From: Eledone cirrhosa
Taxonomy: Eukaryota
NCBI GenBank assembly: GCA_964016885.1
Contig: OZ024745.1
Location: 65,658,001 to 65,722,000 of the forward strand
Direction of reading: 5' to 3'
DNA: 64,000 nucleotides
Part shown: positions 55,581 to 64,000 of the stretch, one piece after another
Position numbering within the stretch: the first letter of the stretch is position 1
How the letters are laid out: each line of letters opens with the position of its first letter
The notes under the pieces: generated by a model
Databases searched by the model: none
What the model was told of the DNA's origin: nothing
What the model saw: the letters and a program-made list of their open reading frames with translations, nothing else
Translations under genes and position numbers: made by a program

Positions 55581-55789
55581 TGCTGTTTGTTTTTGTGCAT
55601 GTTATTGAGAAAACTATGTTACTGAATCGATTTACTATGAATGGCCAAATGAGATGGTCAACTTAAAAGATCAAACTGCTAGTGAGAGAGAGAGAGGGGC
55701 GTGGGAATGAAAAAGGGACAGAGTGAAAGAAAGAAAGAAAGAATGAAAGAAAAAGAGAGAGAGAGATTCTTGATTATTTTATATTCTTG

Positions 55790-56580
55790 TTTTAATATGT
55801 TGGATAAAGTTGAAGTGACTGTTGACCTTGAGTACGAACTTTGATTTGTTGTTGCGTGGGGCAAGTGTTGGCTTGTTACCTTTAATGCACTAGGACTAAG
55901 TTGATGTCTTTTATTCACCATAGAGAACCACGTTTGCCTTCAATTGTTAGAGCTCAACATAATCTCCAATAGAGCAATACTGCACCCCTTTATGGTCTAA
56001 TGTTTTTCACTGATTTAAGGTGGATCATGTCAATTGCCTTATCTGCTGCCCAATACTTTGATTCACGCTGTCGTACCAGAAGATATCTTATATCTTTATA
56101 AATCTGTCATTCGCCCTTGTAATGAGGACTGTTGCCACATCTGGTCTGGTGATTCTGTCATTAGTGGTCCTAACCTATCATGTCGGCTTTAATGATTATA
56201 CTACTGCTGAAAAGTTGCCTCTCTGGGCCCTTTTTAAAATAAATATGTTTATGGAAATTGTTTTGGGGAACTTTACTCTTTGTTGCTTCATCTTAACGTA
56301 TCTAAACGGAACCCCAGCTAGGTTTTCATCCATTTACAGCAAAAATGATTGAATGGAAGCGCAATTTCTTTTCTGATAGTTTCGTACATTTGTACACCTC
56401 ACCTATGAAATTCTCTCCCAACTTATCGTTTTCCAGTCAATTACAATTTTCAAAAACTCAAAAACAATATAAATCGTAGTTTTCTACCTCCTTGAATAAG
56501 TTTTTCTCTGCATTGTCCTTTTCCATTCTCAGCAACCCCTTGCATGTTAGTGGTTTTACTGCCTTGTTTGGAATGAGGGA
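55790..56580 (+). mobile_element. Old LINE 3' remnant (RT C-terminal region plus 3' UTR; CR1/L2/Jockey-type, clade uncertain)
   Basis: Broken translation gives, in the correct order, WGKCWLVTFNA, GLMFFTDLRW, LYKSVIRPCNEDCCHIWSG, YGNCFGELYSL and L*NSLPTYRFPVNYNFQKLKNNINR. These match the LINE motifs W..WLV.FN, LYK..IRP..EYC..IW and WNSLP. The remnant ends at a (TA)n run. Confidence 0.8.
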
Positions 56581-56683
<103 letters not shown>

Positions 56684-57699
56684 AATTGCTTGACGTCATC
56701 TTCTTTACTTAGATGTTTCCAAATATATATTTATCTTGTCATTAACGACGAACACTTTCGATACAAAGATATATTTGTGAATTGATTGTCAAATAATTAA
56801 TGATTTCGTCATGATTACAATGTTGAATCCTATGAATCTTTAATTTAGATAAAACAGAATTTTTCAGATCATTCGTATATCTTTCGTTGTAGTGAATAGC
56901 TGTCAAATCTTCTTTACTGTGTCTTCCTTTTTCGTTTATCCATCATGTTATATATCTCAAATTAATTCGATAGGATTATTGCTTTGCATTTCATATCACT
57001 AAATCGTTTGCTAACAATTCGTGTAATATTAGATTCCAGTATTCATTCCGGTAATTACCTCTATTTCATTTACTTTAGACAGTAAATACGTTTGAAAAAT
57101 GTATATATATAATATAATCTCATGATAGCAAATAGAGTTTTCGAGGAATCATGTGTAATTTCAAAAAAATATCAAAGCAGAATAACAACATAGGCGGGAT
57201 GAAATTTAGTAACATCACAGAATTCAATATCAAAATTAACAAATCAAGAACAATGTTTTCTTTTTCGGATTCTCGGTTCGAAAAGCGAATACATATGACC
57301 ATGGCTTAACGAAAGTGCCTATACAAAATCTCTTACATTCTTACGAACGGATGTGAAATCTCCCTAAAATCCCACACTACTTAAATATTGAATATATTGT
57401 ATGACGTAGTCCTACATATATATCTCTAAAAGGATAGAGTTGTCGCGGTTGGCATTCGCTTGTTAAGGGGACTTCTCTATCAGAGTTTAGCTCAGATTAA
57501 ACATCAATAACAACAACGGCATACTTATTTTATGTTTTACTTCCCTTAATCGCTTACAAGACACATTTGAAAGCAAAATGAACCAATGTAAACTAAAATC
57601 AACCTTCTGTAAAAATAATAGAGTATGTCTGAAAAAGTGATTTATACCATACACACATGACAACCATTTTGAGGGAAAGTTGAATGATCTCAGGGCCTC

Positions 57700-57830
57700 A
57701 TTAGTATATATTTTTATCAAACATAGAAGGGTGAAAAACGGATTTCACTGCGGAGGGATTTGAACTCAGAGTGAAAGTAATTACCGCAAGAGTTATTGTC
57801 TGTCGCATTCCCGATTGTGCTAATCAATTG
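57700..57830 (-). mobile_element. Degenerate tRNA-derived SINE remnant
   Basis: GGGATTTGAACTCAG at 57755-57769 (B-box-like CTGAGTTCAAATCCC on the - strand), in a context resembling 55465-55580. Confidence 0.5.
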
Positions 57831-58119
57831 ATATATTAATTATACATTCTAAGTAGTATACAAACGAGAGCTTATAAGTGAAATATGGTAGCAGAGATTT
57901 GTTCCATACATATGCCTACATTTGTGAACATAGAAAATAACTTTTATTTTAGACGTGTTAATCTGAAGACTTGTTGTCTTCAAGTTCAATGTATTTTCAT
58001 TTATAATCCTTCACGTTCATTATTAACCATTCTTTCTTTAGAAATAATTATTTACTACCAAGAATTCTAGAAATTCAATTCCGCGGTAGTATATGGGATA
58101 AATAAATGGCTAGTACATA

Positions 58120-58122
<3 letters not shown>

Positions 58123-58192
<70 letters not shown>

Positions 58193-58212
58193 GTATATAT
58201 ATATATATATAT
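58123..58212. repeat. (CA)n(TA)n microsatellite
   Basis: Directly visible. Confidence 0.97.
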
Positions 58213-58510
58213 ACGTATATAGCATAGCCAAAGCTGTATGGGTGATTGGTAGTTACCACAATTCCGGTTTGTATTTATTTTCTTGATTTATTCTTAAATT
58301 GAGTCTGGCAAACCCTATTATCTGTAGTTAGTATTCTTTTCACCTTAGCGAATCTGGTCCCTTACGATTTGAACACATATATGTATATATATATATGTGT
58401 TTGTCTTTCTTTTATATTCAATTATAATATACGGCTCGGAAAAATCTCTTTCCTGGAGCTATTTTATTGTGAGAGACTATTTTGAGTTTCTAACTCAATA
58501 TATACCTTTG

Positions 58511-58771
<261 letters not shown>

Positions 58772-58845
58772 CGTATAGTGGTAGCTAAGGTGCTTCCATA
58801 GGCGGTATGCCAAAATTAGCACTCGATATTCATCAGAGTAGAGTG

Positions 58846-59044
58846 TATATATTATCAAGAAAACGAAAAATCAGTGATGCATCCGGACTTAGTTTATTTC
58901 GTGTTACAAATGTTTCGCCGGCATGTAACTCGAGTCATGGTCCTTGTATGGATCTGGCTGATTCTACTTCTGCGGGTTCTTTCAGACACGAAATAAACTA
59001 AGTCCAGATGCATCACTGATTTTTCGTTTTCTTGATAATATATA
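58846..59044. repeat. Inverted repeat with 59-bp arms (1 mismatch) and an 81-bp spacer holding a hammerhead-like core on the - strand
   Basis: Arms at 58846-58904 and 58986-59044. The - strand spacer reads CTGAAAGA...CGAAACATTTGTA. Confidence 0.9.
58899..58991 (-). ncRNA. Type I hammerhead-ribozyme-like motif (variant core)
   Basis: Stem I is formed by the inverted arms. Core CUGAAAGA (one extra A versus CUGANGA), weak stem II CCCGC/GCCGG, GAAA, stem III ACA-UU-UGU and a GUA cleavage triplet (58907-58905). Confidence 0.5.
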
Positions 59045-59187
59045 TATATTTATATATGCAAAGTTTTATTTAAATTGTTGGGTTAACAACGAGTAAATAT
59101 TTATAACTGATATAAAAGCACTCAACAAGTATTTGGAGTATATTTACGATATTAAATAAATGGAAACTATATTTATAAAACCATATT

Positions 59188-59253
59188 TATTTCATTATAT
59201 ATATTTCAGGGATATCATATTAAAAATATGTTATGCCTTCTTCAGACAAAATA
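59188..59253 (-). ncRNA. Mirror copy of the type I hammerhead ribozyme
   Basis: Reverse complement of 59485-59550, within the left palindrome arm. Confidence 0.72.
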
Positions 59254-59484
59254 CAATATAAACAGTCTTATAAATAGATAGATTCGACATACCTTTCAAT
59301 TTCGACTTCTATTTGAAATATACCAAATATACCAAAATACAATATAAACAGTCTTATAAATAGATAGATTCGACATACCTTTCAATTTCGACTTCTATTT
59401 GAAATATACCAAATCAACTTTTCAAATAGAAGTCGAAATTGAAAGGTATGTCGAATCTATCTATTTATAAGACTGTTTATATTG

Positions 59485-59550
59485 TATTTTGTCTGAAGAA
59501 GGCATAACATATTTTTAATATGATATCCCTGAAATATATATAATGAAATA
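59485..59550 (+). ncRNA. Type I hammerhead ribozyme (minimal, palindromic helix III)
   Basis: TATTTTGT-CTGAAGA-AGGCATAACATATT ttt AATATGATATCCCT-GAAA-TATATA-TA-ATGAAATA. Canonical core, 14-bp stem II with 2 mismatches, AUA triplet (cleavage after 59542) and 8-bp stem I with 2 G-U pairs. Confidence 0.72.
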
Positions 59551-59704
59551 AATATGGTTTTATAAATATAGTTTCCATTTATTTAATATCGTATATTTAT
59601 ATATATATTGGAAATTACCAGTTAGTCTAGTAAGACGATATTCCTCTAAGTACTCGAATCTTGTATAGTTAAAAGTATAGTTAAAAGTTAGTGTCCGACG
59701 GCTG

Positions 59705-59849
<145 letters not shown>

Positions 59850-60610
59850 AGTAGCATTTACACGTTGGCAGCACGAGTTTATCTGAATTTAGTTCACAGG
59901 AGTATAAGTAAACACAAAGCAGAACAGATTGAGATCAAACCAAATATATATCGCTGTCCGTATTGAAGGCAGTACAAGCTTTACAGCATCTGTAGTCCTC
60001 AAATTAAAAATATACGCATTCGTTTGTATTTTAACTAACTTCTCTGCCTTCACATAAATCTTTCTTGACATACAGTTAATTTGCCAGCCGCGCAATATTC
60101 GCAGAGACGTGTACGACTTCTAATGATTAATATATCAAAGTATCTCATATTTATACGATGGTTCCAACAAAAACCTAAAATAAGAAAATGAACAAATTAA
60201 AAACTCAAATATTAAATCGTACTGGCTATTAACTAAACTGAGAACAGTCAATACACCCACTGAAGTAGCCTGTTCTGTTGGACCAAAATAGCGGACTAAT
60301 TATCCACGAAGCAACTGGGACGGAAATCAGAAGTTATCCAGGGAGTGAGAGAGAGAGATATATATACGCATATACATATATACTTATACATGCTTATACA
60401 TACACACACATATACATATATATATATATATTTTAATTTTAATTATATCTCAATTATATCTCATATAAAATAATACAACTGGCTTTCCGCAAAATACATA
60501 TAGTTAGCACCCCAAACATAAAATTGGGATTATACTAAGGTATATCCTAATGTTTGTTGAGTGAGATGGTAGCCAGTCAGAGTATAGCTTAAGGCTTTCT
60601 CTGTTAATGT

Positions 60611-60615
<5 letters not shown>

Positions 60616-60677
<62 letters not shown>
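60616..60677. repeat. (TA)n microsatellite
   Basis: Directly visible. Confidence 0.97.
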
Positions 60678-60681
<4 letters not shown>

Positions 60682-61351
60682 GACAACAAACGATGAATAA
60701 ATGATTCATCAGAAGAAAAATAAGCTTACACTTCCGGCTACAAAGAAAATTGATAGTAGTCTCTATGTTAATAACAAAATAGTGCTTGACTAACATGGTC
60801 AGTCTAATTTGCATAAAGCCAAAAACCTTTGAAACGCGTAATGGAAGTCGTTTAGGATTTTCTGTGTGCTAACAAAATAAAGAAATTGTGCTCAGATTCG
60901 TATACAGGGATGTTTATTGCTTCAAATCTGTGCTATCTATGTTACGGTCATCCTAGAAAGCGAAGTGAGAAAACATTGCATGTAAGTCCTATATAGAGAG
61001 ATACAAAACGGAAGAAGGAGTGTGAGAATAAGGAAGAAAAAGAAAGACAGGAGAAAACAGGAACATAGGTGGAAGGTGAAGTGTTCGTTTGGACGTAAGT
61101 CTTATATAGACATACACAACGAGAAGAGAGAGTAAGAGAGAAATAGATAGAGAGGAGAGTGCCAGGCAACGCAGGTGGTGTAAAATTTATACAAAATTAA
61201 TAAAAAGAAACAAAACAATTTTGAGCGAAGACAATGAAAGAACGGATGAAACATGGACATCGACTGATAATAAGGGACTGTACTCAGTTTTATCTGTGTT
61301 TCCACTATATTCGCATATCCTTTTTATTCATCATATACTTATATACATATG

Positions 61352-61464
<113 letters not shown>

Positions 61465-61828
61465 CATAAATTTGGGAGAGGGTTTTATTCGTTCATCTTC
61501 ATTTTATTACATAATTCCATTATACGTATTTCAAAGATGAATGAGTGGTTATATAATAACCCCTTAGCATGTTCTCATCAGATGGAGTAAGATGTATTTT
61601 CCTATATAACTACTGTTGCATCTTTGAAATACGTATAATGGAAGTATATAATAAAATTAAGATGTACGAATAAAACCGTCTCTCTTATTTATCATACTAA
61701 AACCCCGGTTGATACCTTACAGAGAAAATCCTAAGGAATACAAGTCTTAGAGTGCTTTACATCTCTTTACGAAAAGGTCTGTAGATTATTTGATCAACCA
61801 GCTTTCATCAACTGAATATACACATAGA

Positions 61829-61830
<2 letters not shown>

Positions 61831-61910
<80 letters not shown>

Positions 61911-61950
61911 CATATATATGTATATATATATATATGTGTGTGTGTGTGTA
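61831..61950. repeat. (CA)n(TA)n(TG)n microsatellite
   Basis: Directly visible. Confidence 0.96.
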
Positions 61951-63626
61951 TAAATATACGTATAGAACATTTTTATTTTACTTCAAAGGTTAAACAATGT
62001 TTATTTTGCAATGTTTCTAACAATTTTGTATTGCTTCAACAGAAATATGCCAAACTGTCATTATCAGAGATGCATTGATTTAAATAAATATCTTCATCAA
62101 GGTCTAAAATTTGAAATAAAAAAAATACAAATGAAATTGTATATAACATATATGTGAAAAGCAATACAAATAAAAGCATATGTTCTTTAATATAGAAAAT
62201 TGGTTGCAATTTCAAGATGTTTATTCGTTATTATTTGCTATTTATTTTATTAATGAGTGAATATCTCTCTTTTGATTGTTCTTGAAAAGATGCAAGATAT
62301 AAACATCAAGTAAGAGTTATTTCGCTCACTTAAGGTTTTCAAATAATTTATATATTTCAGAGAAAACCTTTACATTTAGTTTTTAAAGTTTGAAATAGGT
62401 GTGTCATCAAATACCTTAAAAGAAGTTCAAACAATGAAATATATTTTATGCTGGCAGAAAATAGTGCAATTTGATTTCTTTTCTTTCCCAGGGGATAAAA
62501 TGTTTCACCATTTACGTTACTATTTGTCAATGCCACGGCTAATTTCCACATATTTTACTGTTTCGCTATCTTAAAAAGAGACTACTATCTTAGAATTGTA
62601 ACACTAACCAGAAAAATAAAACACAGCATAACGGAATGGTGAAGAGAGATAGTTCAGAATTATTAACTTTAGGAAAAAGATGGCAATTCACTACAAACCT
62701 GTCGGTATAATGGACTGAATTAAATCTAGTGTATTATTGGTAATAATAATACTGTCACAATCAGTATGGTTGTTTGGTTTTGTTTAAAAAGATATAGTTT
62801 TATTTCATACTAGATCGTAGCATAAGAGAAAAAACAATGTTACTGCAACAACAATATTCATCAAATTAGTTGCTCGGATTGCGTTCATTCGCACAAATCA
62901 GTTTACCCGATTTATTGATTCCTTAACTAATAACGAACAAATAAACACAATCTCCGTAAAGAGTTAAAGAGATTACCCGATGGGCGATGATATCCCTATG
63001 GAGGAAATGAAACCGGTTCGGTCCATCTCTTCGTATCTTTTTACAAAGACGCTGTATGAAAGATAAATTATCTAATCACACAGTGTTTGCTAACTATTTA
63101 TAGATTTACTATATTGTGTATCCTACTATCATGAAAAACACTGCTAAATCGCTAGTAATTTAAAAAGTAGTTTTTCCGAGACATTCTGCAGTATCGCAAA
63201 ATCTATATTCTGCAGAATAATCTGTTTCAAATTACACATCCTTTTCTTACACTATTACCAAATTTATTTGCGAATTCATGATGTCATAAATAAATTACTG
63301 ATAAGAAATCCTATACAGATGTTAAGTAGCAGATGCTACGTGGGTGTCCGACATACTAACATTAGCAGCGAAATCCCTCTTAAACCACACACTACTATCT
63401 TATTAAAAAGAATGCATCGTCTGAGATACACAATTACTGAAAAGAAGAATATGGTTTGTATATGTCTTGAACGCTCTTGAACCTAAGTGTACAGAGACTC
63501 TTTTTTGGTAAACAGCCACATTATAAACAGATCTAAACGTAATAGCATGCGCATTTGCAAATAAATTATTTTCAATTGAACCCTAAAATAATTTTGCGTC
63601 ATGAGGAAAAAATATTCGCTAATTCA

Positions 63627-63968
63627 TCAAATGTTTTCATCCCACTTGGAAGAACATTTATGAAGAGTTTTAGCATTGGAGGCGATAAATTCTACAGATC
63701 TTTGAGGACAAGACTTCTGTTTTCGCCGATAAGCGATTAACTTTTCTGCGACATGTTTAATAGAACGTGAGTGGCTAGCTATTGCAAAAGAATATTCGTG
63801 GTACAAATGGCGTTTAAGAGTTTGAAGAGTTTTATTTTCCCTTCGTATTAACACTTCACAGTGGTGCTGGCAAACACGTGTTTGGCTTGGTGTATGTTTC
63901 ATGGTTGGTTCATGAATTCTGTAGGGTTTCGATTTACCGGGACAATTTGAGCGTGACATCACCTCAGG
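63627..63968 (-). CDS. Possible terminal coding exon of an unidentified gene
   Basis: Open, non-repetitive frame of ~113 codons preceded by acceptor-like TTTCTTTGTACAG|. No recognisable domain. Confidence 0.2.
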   Translation of the reverse strand, partial: PEVMSRSNCPGKSKPYRIHEPTMKHTPSQTRVCQHHCEVLIRRENKTLQTLKRHLYHEYSFAIASHSRSIKHVAEKLIAYRRKQKSCPQRSVEFIASNAKTLHKCSSKWDENI

Positions 63969-64000
63969 CTGTACAAAGAAATTTTTGCTGTGTTTGTCTC

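Larger units (their letters stand above)
59145..59593. mobile_element. Palindromic Penelope-like remnant: 174-bp inverted arms with an internal 82-bp tandem duplication
   Basis: Arms 59145-59318 and 59420-59593 are reverse complements. Direct repeat at 59247-59328 / 59333-59414. Each arm carries a hammerhead core, and the flanks are AT-rich. The Penelope assignment is inferred from the hammerhead plus inverted-terminus architecture. Confidence 0.7.

Noticed and set aside
58775-58845. Minus-strand CTGATGA followed by a hairpin and GGAA
   Set aside because: GAAA is absent and stems I and III do not form. At most a decayed remnant.
60805-60885. GAAACGCGTA followed by AATAAA (Penelope hammerhead-like 3' half)
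   Set aside because: No CTGANGA upstream, so the evidence is insufficient.

Overview
Eukaryotic (metazoan) genomic DNA. The AT-richness, microsatellite density and SINE-like remnants look cephalopod/mollusc-like, but that is inference only. Bases 1-42140 are a strand-asymmetric 9-bp satellite (consensus AATTTTAGG) with several nested higher-order periods (~0.36, 0.62, 1.97, 3.3, 5.84/5.06, 7.2 and ~35.7 kb), ending at a 200-N scaffold gap. After the gap come a mariner 3' remnant and then three head-to-tail insertions of a Tx1/L1-type non-LTR retrotransposon: one full-length decayed copy, one ~85-bp 3' stub and one 5'-truncated copy. All three end in the same motif abutting (TATC)n, which points to a (TATC/GATA)n-microsatellite-targeting family. 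In the full-length copy, a consensus splice donor ~23 nt from the 5' end and a strong acceptor 7 nt before the ORF2 ATG would remove all of ORF1 as an intron. The 3' UTR has hairpins that covary between copies. Further right are SINE and LINE remnants, several perfect short hairpins, two long palindromes carrying hammerhead-ribozyme cores (Penelope-like), many dinucleotide microsatellites and a possible host exon at the window end. No intact host gene, rRNA, tRNA or CRISPR array is supported.
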